The position numbers were made by a program, and so were the translations under genes. Positions 12,930 through 25,875 of a stretch of 64,000 nt of DNA are shown in pieces (the stretch's first letter is position 1; each line of letters opens with the position of its first letter). This stretch comes from Balanoglossus misakiensis (lineage: Eukaryota > Animalia > Hemichordata). The notes under the pieces are model-generated. The model did no database searches and was not told the DNA's origin. It was given only the letters and a program-made list of their open reading frames with translations. The DNA is taken from contig JBECUI020000028.1 of assembly GCA_040954595.2 (NCBI GenBank), forward strand, positions 1 through 64,000. Reading direction: 5' to 3'.

Positions 12930-13831
12930 TTCCAAATTACCTATGATATGATTTCATAATAAGTCTAAAGAAGCCAATCCCATTAACTTACAACTAAAAT
13001 TTATAGAAATCAGCCATACAGTGTACACTTTCTGAGAAATATAATTTTTTATCAAAATTGGTAAATATACCCCCAAAATACAAGACATTGCCCCCACAAA
13101 ACATTGACACTTTCATCATAGGTTTTGTAAATCATCATGACAACTCACCATGGAACCTTCAAATCAAATTTCAAAGCAACGGGGTAGAGGGTTCTGAGAA
13201 AGAGTTTTGACCAAAAATGGCAAAAATCACCCCAAAAATATACTATTGAATTCTACAAATTGATTTGACAAACACACATCTCTATGCCTACCAAATTTCA
13301 AAGCAATCTGACAAATGGTTTTACAGAAAAAAATTGATCAAAAAGGCAAAATTTGCACCAAAATTATAAATTTGCAAATTTTGCAGCAAATTTAAACAAA
13401 ACTTTGATAACTCACATCACCTATATGAAGCCCCATACTAAATTTCAAAGAAGTCAGGTCATCAATTCCAGAAAAGTAGATTTTTTACCAAAAATGTGGA
13501 AAAAGACAAAAAAATACATAAATTATAGAAAATTCAAACTATTAGTTCAAAACATACACAACTGTGTGAGGTTAATATAAGGTACATGCATACCAATTTT
13601 CAAATCAATATGACCAGTGGTTGTTGAGTTTCTGAGTTTTGGCCAAATTTACGTTTTTCCCAACAACTTCATTTGAACAAACTCCCATCTACAGCCCTGC
13701 CTGCATCTGCACACCAAATATCGAGGTTATATGCTCAGCGGTTTTCAAGTTTTTGATGTGAACGGACATACATCCATACAGACGCAACCGATCTCATGAG
13801 GTACCACCAGTATATACAAATGGGACCTAAA
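12930..13831 (-). mobile_element. Helentron/HINE-like non-autonomous element (longer copy; left boundary approximate)
   Basis: 13666-13831 is the reverse complement of 10691-10885; the upstream part has degenerate tandem units (ACCAAATTTCAAAGCAA). Confidence 0.5.
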
Positions 13832-15038
13832 GATATTTCGGTGCAACTTGTAGACTGCATCATATATATATATATTGTGTTGTCGCCCAAATTGTGTGTG
13901 TGTGTGTGTGTGTGTGTGAGGGGGGGGGGGGGGGGTTCCCAATGTGCCCTTCCTATGATATCTGCAATAATTGTAGCCTAGATGGGATGATTGATCAAGC
14001 CCATAAGCGATCAACCAGCCCACCAAAGCTACAATTATTGCACCTATTCCTATGATAGCTGGATCCATAGGGTAAACTGTACAAAACAAATAAGTGTCAG
14101 TATAAAATGTGGTAACTTTTGGCGTTTGTTTCTTCCCACTGAATTTCGACATCGCAAAGTGATTTCAGATGTCAGTTTATATTTATAATAACATTACTGC
14201 CACTAAGAAATATGAATGAAGTTGCACAGTTCATATAAACATTACACCACTGGCAACTGTGCTATATCATGCCACTTTTATGACCCCTTTTGACCTCTAC
14301 ATCCTGGCTTTTTGTCGGTGTGAGTATACAATTTCGAGTTTACCAACCATGCTATTGAATCAATGCATTTTTTCTCATCCTTGAACAAAACTGGTGAACA
14401 TTGCCTGTTAGAAAAGGTTAGCTGTTCAACATTGAATGATGAATGATGTCAAACCAACAAATCACCAGGATGTAAGGTCACACAGGGGTCATGAAAGAGG
14501 CCTGTAAGATACTCTTGTTCTCTGCCCACTTTCTAACCCTGCTGTCACTACCAGCAGCAGGAATGGGACAGGGGACCAGGCTATATCTATAGGACTGTTT
14601 GCTAACATTAAGTGTGTTTACTTGAGTAAGTTGGGTACTATAAAAAGAATTGTCACCATTACTGTAGGGGGAGACATGAGTCTACCTGGTTGATTTATAT
14701 TTTACATAATGTGCTTAGATTAATAGAAATAATTTATGCATAGTTACTTAGGAACACTTCCATAACTAGTCTGCATTTTGCCTCTGCCAAATAGTAAAGA
14801 AAAAACATCAGAGAATAGGCAGAGTAGAAACTAAACTGCACTCTCCTAAATATAAAATGGTTTACCCCTAAGTCTAATGTGATGCATAGTGTGATTCAAT
14901 CTGTGTCAATAAAATTGCAACCACATCAGTGTTCAGTGAAAACAGTATGTGACATACTTTTCCACCTGACCAAATCTATTAGAAACACATTTTTTAAAGA
15001 AATTGTTTTAAAGGGGCAGCTGCTATGACATTTGGGAT

Positions 15039-15497
15039 TAATAGAATCTCACACTCCCAAGGACCTGGGATCGTATTTCTCACACGAGTTGGGGATTTTC
15101 TGTCACACACGAGCCGCAGGCGAGTGTGGGACAAAATATCCCTGACGAGTGTGAGAAATACGATCCCAGGTCCTTGGTGTGTGAGATTATTTTTCTCACA
15201 CGGTCACAAATTAGCCAAATTCGTTAAAACATTGAATAAATGACTCTGGAACTGTCGTCTGGGGGCACGTTATAGTTCTGTGCCTGTAATACACATCACG
15301 CCATTGGATAACATTTAGTGCGCGAAGAGAAAGAACTCTTTGTCAACCAATCAGCGCTCGCGTCATATACAGCTTTCGATTCAGTGAGAGTGTGAGAATA
15401 ATAGAATCTCACACTCCCAAGGACCTGAGATCGTATTTCTCACACTCGTCGGGGATATCCTATCCCACACTCCCAGCGGCCAGCAGTGTGAGAAATT
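15039..15497. mobile_element. Hairpin-bearing non-autonomous element (Crypton-like architecture)
   Basis: 150-bp hairpin 15040-15192, then an IR-bounded segment TTCTCACAC..GTGTGAGAA, then a partial direct repeat of the hairpin arm. Confidence 0.55.
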
Positions 15498-15502
15498 AAA
15501 TA

Positions 15503-15679
15503 CAGTAAAACCTGTCTGAACCGAACACTGAAGGCACTGAAGAAATTGTTCAGTTTACAGACATTTCCAGTTTGTAAAGGTTCTTTTAACATGTGATTCT
15601 ATGTCGAAGGTACTGAAAAGGTGTTCAGTATAGACAGGTTTCCAGATTAGACAGGGTTTGGTTTTGACAGGTTTTACTG
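15503..15679. mobile_element. Tc1/pogo-type MITE
   Basis: TA|CAGTAAAACCTGTC ... GACAGGTTTTACTG. Confidence 0.7.
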
Positions 15680-16755
15680 AAGGTTGAAAATTAATTCTAT
15701 GTGGCCACTGAAGATTCTTGTGCTACTCCCAACAATATGTTGAAACCCACAATTGATGTATAAAATACCATCCACTAAATATTTAAATGTCACCAAAAAC
15801 ATTTTACTCTAAATAAATAAATATATTCTATAAAAACATATTTTTAGACATGTTGCATATTTACGTAACAGTAGTAAAAAAATGTGAATGATAACATTAC
15901 ACATTCACGGGCTATGTTGACAAGTGAAGTATAAATGGGTATATTAGCATGCTGTTTGGAGTAGAACAAGAAATTCCCATTGATACTCAGAACAAAAATA
16001 TATGTACATCAATTAAAGCCAAAAGTTACAGCTAATGTCCCGTTAAGTGCATTGTAATTCAGAAAACTTCTGGAGCAGTGAATAAATCCTACTATTCCTA
16101 GTATATCAGAAGTTTTTGTCATTTTAAAAATCAAGCTAGTTGCTTTAAAAAAAAATGAGACACTACTTTGTACAAAAGTTATGACAGCTTGCATTCACGC
16201 AGATTTGAGCCAGACATCTCAAAGCGTTAACAAAAAAACATAGAGCATACTGTTTTTGCGAAGGTAATTTAAATTGCTTGTTACGTGATAGTAGTGAAAA
16301 CAATGGTGACATTGAAGTAACCGAAATGTTCTCCTATATCAAGCTTTCAGAGATAATTAACAGAGAAATGTTTATTTCAAAAAGTGAATGTCTTATTTTT
16401 TAGCTTATACAGTCACAGTATGTAATAGAGGGACTGTGATATAGTGCACTGGTTTGGCTGTTGTTTCACTACAGATTTTTGTGGTGGGGGTCACGGGTGG
16501 GTCTATGATGGGGGAAACCAGCATAGAACCCCCCCCCCCTCCACCCTCCCCCTAGCTGTGTTTCCATAGAGATAATGTAGTACTAAATGTGACATTATTA
16601 TATGACTCAGAAGGTCACATAGCTCTGCGTACAGGTCTGTGTGTTCCCGGCTGTATGCAGAGCTAAAGGTCACACAGAGAAACCACACGACAGAGATCTC
16701 ACCATCTCAAAAAGCTGACTCTGAAAAGCATGTAAAAGAATTAAGACTGGCTTAC

Positions 16756-17360
16756 CTGTAGGAGGACCTGTGTCACACATCTCTGCCCGCCAAGGTCTTG
16801 CCAACGACCCTGGCGATGTCTGTCATCTAGTCTTGCTCCAAGCGATGCTAATCACACTGGCGGCGCGTCATACTCATGTTCCTTTCCTTTATCTACAGGC
16901 ACGGCGACTGCCGTAAAGCCAAGTCATCACCGGACTCATCATATCTGATATACTTCCCTGGCCGGTCGGGGCAACACCGACGTCACGATAAAACGTCGTA
17001 GGTCCCGTGGCAACACCGTAGCTACACCCTAATGAGAGAGAATGTCTAGTGATCTGAGTGACGGCAACTGATCCAGGATCTCAATCACTCACCCGGCTCT
17101 GTCAGTGTCATGGCTCTCTCTCTCAACTACGGTGCGACCTGTGATGACGACCACCTCGCAAAGTTCTGCCAAGCGCCGCCGCGTCCCATGTAGAAAGGTT
17201 GCGAAACCCTTTGAAAACACTGCCAAGAATGCTCCATTATCCGAAATATGTTCTTTCACTGACGTCTCCACTCATGAGAAATTTAAAAAAGGGGCGTAAC
17301 ACGCTGTTGTAAAAGATCAGCTGATTCGCGACCAAAACATTCACGATTGACCCTTGACCT
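16756..17360 (-). other. Possible promoter and 5' exons of an unidentified host gene
   Basis: CpG-rich stretch with minus-strand donors GTGAGT (exon ending 17093) and GTAAGC (exon ending 16756, preceded by ATG-coded MCDTGPPT); no recognisable protein. Confidence 0.3.
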
Positions 17361-17696
17361 AGGATAGTCCTGTACCCTCGATCCAGCGCCAGCTAAGTTG
17401 GCGTTGTTAAAATAATTATTAGGTAAACAGCCATCACTATAAGCTATAGATGTAATTCAGTAAACCAAAATCTTTAAAAATATATGTTGTCAAGAACAAT
17501 TTATAGACCAAGGCCATGGCCAGAGGTACATCCGAAAAATACCAACTGTACATGGTTATTCTTGTATAACCTTTGACCCCGATTTGTAAACAGTGCTGCA
17601 TGTTTGAAGTATCGCTCTTAAAAATTGAGATTCACCTGATGCAGTGGTTTTATATGAAAGCCAGTTGGGGACATGTACATACGCAATAAATAAAAA

Positions 17697-18035
17697 ATTA
17701 TCTCGAGATCTCGAGATAATTCCATTCGTTTTCCTGACTTTTTATTTTTTTATCTCGAGATCTCGAGATAATTCCATTCGTTTTCCTGACTTTTTATTTT
17801 TTTATCTCGAGATCTCGAGATAATGCTATTCGTTTTCCTGACTTTTTATTTTTTTATCTCGAGATCTCGAGATAATTCCAATTCGTTTTCCCGACTTTTT
17901 ATTTTTTTATCTCGAGATCTCGAGATAATTCAAGTTCGTTTTCCCGACTTTTTATTTTTTTATCTCGAGATCTCGAGATAATTCCAATTCGTTTTCCCGA
18001 CTTTTTATTTTTTTATCTCGAGATCTCGAGATAAA
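17697..18035. repeat. Left subterminal array, 7 x ~53 bp
   Basis: Each unit contains the 22-bp palindrome TTATCTCGAGATCTCGAGATAA. Confidence 0.95.
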
Positions 18036-18834
18036 TTTGTCTTAAAGAGGGCGGGTGTATTGGTACGGAGACTGTCCAGAGAGGGCGGTGTATCGGTACA
18101 GAGAATATGGCGTTCTTTTACTAGCTTGACCTAGTACCAGGACTTTTCGTCGGATTCTGCCTTACATGCTGCATCGTATCTTATCAGACTGACTGAGTGT
18201 TGGTAAGTTGAGATTTTACCTCCTTCTCATAACCGTTAGATTTGTCGTACACGTAACATGACCACACGATGCACAATTTGTACTGGTTTGTGATGTGGCA
18301 ATCTATTGAGTCGCCTTGCACGTCAAGCGTCATCATGATCATGCCAAACACGATCGACGCGACGTTGACAATGTGCTGCATGCAATAGGTTGACTGAGAC
18401 GTTCTTGTCAGTATCTCGTACTCAACTTAACTTGCTTGATTTTTGATTCATGATGTAACATATGCCATCAATATATATGTATATATATGCCATCACAACT
18501 TGAGGCTAACTCTGGCCTTATGCCGCGCTGTTTGAAACATATATCATACATGATTCAACTTGTGTGTGGGGCGGATAGTTACATCGCCTAGGATCAAGTT
18601 GCCATAACTGGATTCTTCCAATAAATAAATGCACTTTAACTTGATCTTGAATATTAAACAATGCAATGTTAACATCAGTACAGCTGCTGTGATTTATTTT
18701 ACTTTGCTTCAGTCTGTGATTATGACACAGACAAATGTGAGTGTGTATGGTGACCTCAGTACATCCAAGGTCAAACGTCAACAACTCTTCAGTTGATATG
18801 AAAGTTTCAAACAAAAAAATTAAAGCAAAATAGG

Positions 18835-18836
<2 letters not shown>

Positions 18837-18899
<63 letters not shown>

Positions 18900-19234
18900 T
18901 GAGTGTGTATGTGTCTGTCTGTGTCTGTCTCTATGTATTAATGAGTGTGTGTGTAATGTTTGTGCACATTGATTGACTTGATTTAATATTGAAGATTTAA
19001 GCACCGATGGCATTTATTACAAAGAGTTATATTATTATCAATAGAGTCCAAGTTGAAGTCTTAATCACTCCCTAAATTATTTTAAATTGTATGTATGTAT
19101 GTATGTATGTATGTATGTATGTATGTATGTATGTATGTATGTATGTATGTATGTATGTATGTATGTATGTATGTATGTATGTATGTATGTATGTATGTAT
19201 GTATGTATGTATGTATGTATGTATGTATGTATGT
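18837..19234. repeat. (GT)n and (GTAT)n microsatellites inside the IS3EU element (another (GTAT)n at ~19693-19760)
   Basis: Direct reading. Confidence 0.95.
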
Positions 19235-19496
19235 TGACAATTGAGAAGTTTCCTCATCAAAAATTCTGAACAAAATTCTTGCTTCACTGTAATTTTTGGT
19301 GAAATATCAACTTTATTCAAGGTGAGAAAGTAGATAGTTTTTCTTTCTGAGATAATATTCTCAAATTTCCCAAACTGTTCATAAAAATCAAGTTGATGCA
19401 TTATTTCATGCTTGTCTTTAGGTACATCAGTTTTGATTTAACTGTTGTTGATTTTCCTTACAGAAAAATATTACTTAAGCAAACAGATCAGACAAA

Positions 19497-21990
19497 ATGG
19501 CAGAAAAACTATATGAATTTCTTAGACGACGCAGAGTGCCTGAAGAGGAAATTGACAGACTTGAACAGGAAAAGGTAAATTTTTTATTAGTTCTTGTTGC
19601 ATATATGTAAATATGGCTAAATGAGCTTTAAGGCTAGTAGGTGGAAAAATATTCATTGACAGTCTTTCCATCTTTGTTTGTTTGTTTGTTTGTATGTATG
19701 TACCCGTATGTATGTATGTATGTATGTATGTATGTATGTATGTATGTATGTATGTATGTATTTAGCGAGACCCCCCGCACCCTCTGCCCATATGCATGCA
19801 CTAAGATTCCATGTGCTTTAAATTGATTTTCAGATTGATCCATCGGTGATCCTCTTAATGGATGATGAGATGTTATCTAAGTATTTGACATCTTATGGGG
19901 ACAGAGTTGCTGCTGTGGACTTCTCTCGCAGATTATTTTGTACTGTTCCAGACAGAGAGAGCAGGAAGTCAGAACTACTGAAAAAAATAAGACAAAAATT
20001 TAGCCTTCGAAATGGAAAGCAGAATAGTGTATCAGATGACAAGGGAGAATCAAGTAAAGGTAATCGTGGACAAGCCTCAACTAGACCAAGACCATTTGGT
20101 AATACACATGCAGCAAAAATAAAGCGGAAAATTGAAATAGGATGGCTTGATTTTGATTTCATTGAAAAAGAATACAAGCAAGTTCGAGCCAGAAAAGGTG
20201 GTGGAACAAGGTGTATATCAGTAAGTAAGTCGAGCACGAAAGCTGATCTCCTGACTACAGGAAAAGATTTGTTTTTCCCCAACGGCGTATCACAGCGAGG
20301 AGACATGGACAGTTATCATGTTGACATAAGAGATTCAGGAGAAAGAACAATTGATGAAACAAGCACCGTTGGCGAATTGTATGAAGTAACTGGATTTAGA
20401 ATGCTCCGCTTCTACATTATGACAAAGAGAAAAGACTGTGAACAGGTAGTGAAACCTAAAAAGAAGAGCAGACAAACAAGTAAGCAGTCACAATTAGAAT
20501 CAGTGTCATTGTCAGATGACAGCAGTGATGCTGATCTACCTGATCCAGGACTTGATAGGCATGTGCCAGTTCCACCGGCAAAGACGAGACAAGCAAGCAA
20601 GGGACAGTCACAAGCTCTTCCACAGGAATCTATTGATATGTTGTCTGATGAGAGCAATGATGCAGGTGTACCAAGTGCAGGAAACCACAATAAGCATATC
20701 CTAGATACAGTTCACCATGATCATGGTATGCCCAGTTGTAGCAGATTCCAGTCTGAACCCATCCCTGACGTAGGTTCTGAAGTCACATTAGAGACAGTCG
20801 ATTCTGATGCAGAACCACTGGTGATTAGTGATAATGATTCAAACATTGTTCAGTTTGGATCACGGGGTTCCAATAGTAACTCAGCAGAAAGCCTTGATTC
20901 TACATTGCCGTTCTTTGAAAATGATGAACCTGTTAGCCAATCCCAGCCCCAAGACACTACCAGTCATATCAGTGAAGATCAAGACCCAGTGGAGACTAGA
21001 ACACTTGTAATACACAGGAGTGATGTTTTGAATGACATGATTTCAGAATTCTCAGATCCAAAGATTATGGCATGTCCTATCAATGTGGCCATGGTTATGC
21101 CAGGAGGTAATATTGAGCGTGGTAGTGGTAGTGGAGTTGTGAGAGACTGTTTTACAAGTTTTTGGTCCGAGTTCTATGAATGTTGCACAGTTGGAAAGAA
21201 TTGCCGGGTGCCATTCATTAGGCATGATTACCCAAGAGAAAAATGGGAAGCTGTAGCAAGAATAATCATGAAGGGTTGGAAGGAAATGGATTACTTCCCT
21301 ATTGAGTTTGCAAAGCCATTCATGGAAGAAGTAATGTTTGGAGACCAGAAGTGTGAAGAGGCAAGTCTACTTCAAGTGTATTATCACTTCCTGTCTGAAT
21401 CGGACCGTGAAGTATTTGAAGCTGCAATGAAGAACTTCCAAGAAGTAGAAGAAGATGAGTTAATTGAAGTGTTAGACCGACATGACTGTAAAAGACTGCC
21501 AACCAAAGAAAACATTGGATCCATTCTGCACGAAATAGCGCATAAAGAGATAGTACAAGAGCCAATGTTTGTCATTGATAGTTGGCGACCAATCTTACAG
21601 CCATTAGGCAAACAAATTGGCAAAGAGAACTTGGATAGACTGTATAATGACAAGAAACCAACAACAAAGAAAGTCCTACAACATCTTCAAATCGCCGAAT
21701 GCTTGAATAATGATGAGAGGGCTGTTGCTAATCACTTAAAACGATACATCCGTGAACTTGAGCAAAGTACTCTAAAGAAGTTCCTGAGATATTGCACTGG
21801 TTGTGACATAATGACAGCAGAGCCGATTCAAGTGTCATTTGTTAAACTTGATGGTTTACAACGTCGTCCAGTTGCTCACACATGTGGCAATGTGCTTGAA
21901 CTGCCATTGTCATATGCCAACTTCGTAGAATTCAGAAGTGAGTTCAATGCAGTTTTGAACAGTGGTTTTTGGGACATGGATATTATTTGA
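19497..21990 (+). CDS. Transposon-borne HECT E3 ubiquitin ligase-like protein with SAM-like N terminus (exons 19497-19574, 19834-21990)
   Basis: Phase-0 splice gives MAEKLYEFLRRRRVPEEEIDRLEQEK-IDPSVILLMDDEMLSKYLTSYGDR. HECT motifs ERGSGSGVVRDCFTSFW, LKKFLRYCTG and RRPVAHTCGNVLELPLSY with catalytic Cys; no stops. Confidence 0.88.
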
Positions 21991-22973
21991 GACCATTGAT
22001 ATTGTTTCCATTGGTAGAACAGCAATGGTGAGTTATTACATGAATTAAAGGGACAATATTGTTGTGTTTGGCTTACATTGATAGAAAGAATACAGGGAAT
22101 ACTTGTGTAAAGTCACTTGGTATGCAAAGTAATGATTATGTCAATGATGAACCTGACGTGTCAGAAGTCACCTCTTTGCTGCATGGAAGAGGTGAATTTA
22201 TGTGGATTCATTAAGGGATGCGCCTGTAACTTTGCACTATTTTCAGTGTTTTCTTTAAATGTTCATACAGTTGCCATTTACTGTCATATTTCCTACAAAT
22301 TGTTTTATCATTGATTACGTTAAATGTTTACACATATTATCTAATATATGGAGAAGCTAAATACTTGATGTGTTATTGCAGCCTGTTGTGGGGAGTTATT
22401 CAGTTACTTATTCAGCCTGTTGTGGGGAGTTATTCAGTTACTTATTCAGTTACTATGTGACACAGTGTGTGACATAATGGTTAAAGCACAGGATGACCAG
22501 GCTTGGTTATTGGTGTAGATATAATGTAAACAAACAACTAGGAGTAGTCTCTGTTCCACTCTACCAAAGAAGATCAGTGCTTTACTTGTCACTTATCGTC
22601 TGTATACTTAGTTTCTTTATTAACATGTTTGTTTGTTTGTTTACATATTTACATCTACAACCAAGCCTGGGCATCATGTGGTTTTAAGGTGCAAACAGTT
22701 GAGCCACAAAGTTGTTGTATTTCAGCTTTTATTTGCGGTGACAGTATTAAACTTTACAGAATTAGATCTAACATTAACACAAAGTCTGTGCCATAGTTTC
22801 ATATTACTTCAGTGTTGAAGATGAACAATATTGTCATTATGTTCTGAAAGTTAATAAAACTTTGTTGTGTTGACAAATATCTTGCTTTAATTCATCCAGT
22901 TCCTTGCATGGAAGTGACATTGTTGTTGTTGTTTGGGTGATGTATAATAATTTCCTTTTACAGTAAGGTCTTG

Positions 22974-24941
22974 CTAGTCAGATAAGGATTCATATTTTAT
23001 AGAATTTCGGAGATTCACGTACAATTCCACAGCAGAATATGGGTCAGAAGGTAAATGCATATTGTTGTCGACCATGTATGAGACACAGTACTCGAATAAA
23101 TCTTCATCACAGGGGCACGCTCCTTTGAACACACATTCCTCTCGGCATGTGTTAATCTGTTCCTGAGAAACAGTTGATCCGAAATCATGACTTCCATACA
23201 TCTCCGGGACAAAGAACATCATGTGAGGTCGCCCGATGGGAGAGACTGCGTTACGTGAACGACTGATCCTGTGACAATTCCATTCCATTACAGCATCATC
23301 CAGTTCATCCTGAATTATAAAATGACAGGCACAAAATGTATGAGGAAGTTCAATGTTAGCAGTTTAATACATGCATCAGTTAAACATAGTCCCTAGGTAC
23401 TATAGGATATCTAAAAGATACATACATGGTGACACCTCATCTACATGAACTCTTCAGACGGGAAGGTACACCTAAAATTAATTTATTGTAGTGAAATATA
23501 ACCAAACAAACAGAATAAAATTACAAATATTATAATTATAACAATTTACATATATTAGATTATCAATTGGTGTATAGACGGGTTTACCAGCTGGCGTGTA
23601 ATTTATGATGAGGCTTATCACACCAACAGTATTCGATCCGAGATTAATAGTAAGGTATTTATCGAAGGAGTGGAAAGTCTAAAATGTTGTCCAACATATG
23701 CATGCAGGATAGAGGTGCATAAAATGGACAATTGGAATAAGTAGACAAGGACAGTCTTAAATCACACACACAATGCATTGCAGGTTGTGATTTTTGTTCA
23801 TCATGATACATATCAACACATGTACAGCACATTTTAAGCCTTTTTTACTTTGTATTTGAAGGTTTAAACCAAAATATGTGAGCAGTCCTTTCTTTTCAAT
23901 ACATAAAAACGTTCTTTTTTATACTCCTCCCATTTGGAAGAGCGTAGGGTTATTGTTAGTCAGTTTATACATGGGACTTCTTATATTTTATTGTATTGTT
24001 CGTTTTCACTATATAATATCAATCCTAGCAATATTTTCTGTATAAGTATTTAAAGTATATACAGTATAAGTGATAGTGTAACAGATTGAGGAAAGACAAT
24101 TATTTTTTAAGTCCCAAATTCTTCTTCTTACCTGTATCATTTTCAGGAAGCAAAATCTGACCAGATCTTTATCAAGATAATCACCACTGAAGACTCCATC
24201 ATCCTTTAGTTTGTAGAAAAGATCCAACCAAAACTGTCCACAGTGTTGGCGAAATGTACCCCACCATCGTTCTATGCGTTGGTTGAGTTGACTGCTGCCA
24301 TAATAAAAGCAGTTGTCATCATTTGTTAGAAACTTCTGGAACTGTTCAACATGTCCATTTTCTGTGCCTCTATCCGCTCGCATGTTTTGGGGGCAAGATT
24401 TCAGACTTTCAACTTCTTTGATGAAGTACCCTGCTATAATCTTCGGATCACTGTTGGTGTGATAAGCTTGAGCCCAAATTACACGCCTGGAAAACCCGTC
24501 TATACACCCATTGATTGCTATTCCGTAAGGGGAAAGTTTGTCATACGAATCTAGGTGCCACATATAGTTCGGCCCAGGAGACCCATACTGGCGACGGCGT
24601 AGACGACGTCTCTTTCTTAATTCCACACCTATGGGGTCAATGATCTGGAGTAACAACCGCACACTCTCCCTGTCGATAACCAATCCTCTCTGGACACACT
24701 TTAAATGCATCCACCGATAGCCGTGGAGTCTTCCAGATTTGTCAACCTCTTCTCTCAGAAATGTTATTACCTCATTGATGTCTGAATGGTACTTCCGTCT
24801 GAAAAGTCCGAGTTTCTTCAGTAATCTTTTAAGATGACGCATACTAATGACAACGTTATGATTGACAGCTAAAGTAGCCAGGATTTCACTGTAGTTGAAG
24901 CCCATGTTGAAATAGATACGGATTATATCATCTCTTTCCAT
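22974..24941 (-). CDS. IS3EU DDE transposase (integrase-like core); exons 24941-24132 and 23309-22974
   Basis: N-terminal HTH-like region, WHLDSYDKL..GCIDGFSR, MRADRGTENG, NQRIERWW; exon 2 DELDDAVMEWNCHRI..GRP; intact frame. Confidence 0.9.
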
Positions 24942-25378
24942 GGTGACGTTATCTGTTCGATAGAGGAGGAATGTTAATTGTCGCATTAGATAAAAGGAAT
25001 TATCGTATAATGATAATGAATAAAGTATAATATTGAAACCAATTGTTTAGTAACTTTACCACTGAGTCAGTTTTCTTGCCAACTTGGAAAGTAATCTCAG
25101 TCCAAGACTTCGGTAATTTGTCCCAGTACGTATAACTAGTAATTATAAATATTACGAAGTTGAAATGTCAACTAATTACCAAGACTCATGCACTCAGTCT
25201 GATGATACGATGCAGCATGCAGCTCTGAAACCGACGATCACTCCTACCATTGAATACACTGAGTGCTTGCTTGCCAATTCTCCGTACCGATATCGATGCA
25301 TGTCCCTCTCTGGACCGATATTGATGCATGGTCCTCTCTGGACAGTCTCCCTACCAACACACCGCCCTCTTTCGAGAG

Positions 25379-25875
25379 AATTATCTCGAGATCTCGAGAT
25401 AAAAAAATAAAAAGTCGGGAAAACGAATAGCATTATCTCGAGATCTCGAGATAAAAAAATAAAAAGTCAGGAAAACGAACTTGAATTATCTCGAGATCTC
25501 GAGATAAAAAAATAAAAAGTCGGGAAAACGAATAGCATTATCTCGAGATCTCGAGATAAAAAAATAAAAAGTCAGGAAAACGAACTTGAATTATCTCGAG
25601 ATCTCGAGATAAAAAAATAAAAAGTCGGGAAAACGAATAGCATTATCTCGAGATCTCGAGATAAAAAAATAAAAAGTCAGGAAAACGAACTTGAATTATC
25701 TCGAGATCTCGAGATAAAAAAATAAAAGTCGGGAAAACGAATGGAATTATCTCGAGATCTCGAGATATAAAAATAAAAAGTCAGGAAAACGAACTTGAAT
25801 TATCTCGAGATCTCGAGATAAAAAAATAAAAAGTCAGGAAAACGAATGGAATTATCTCGAGATCTCGAGATAATT
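25379..25875. repeat. Right subterminal array, 10 x ~53 bp, inverted relative to the left array
   Basis: Same 22-bp palindrome; alternating AATAGCATT / AACTTGAATT variants. Confidence 0.95.

Noticed and set aside
13745-14152. ORF with a hydrophobic stretch as a candidate upstream MED25 exon
   Set aside because: No MED25 similarity; overlaps a small inverted repeat and a microsatellite.
19072-19843. HTYI/MYVC repeat ORFs
   Set aside because: Translations of (GTAT)n microsatellites.
25379-25875. CRISPR-like palindromic repeat/spacer pattern (also 17697-18035)
   Set aside because: Spacers are near-identical, the arrays are part of transposon ends, and there are no cas genes in this eukaryotic context.
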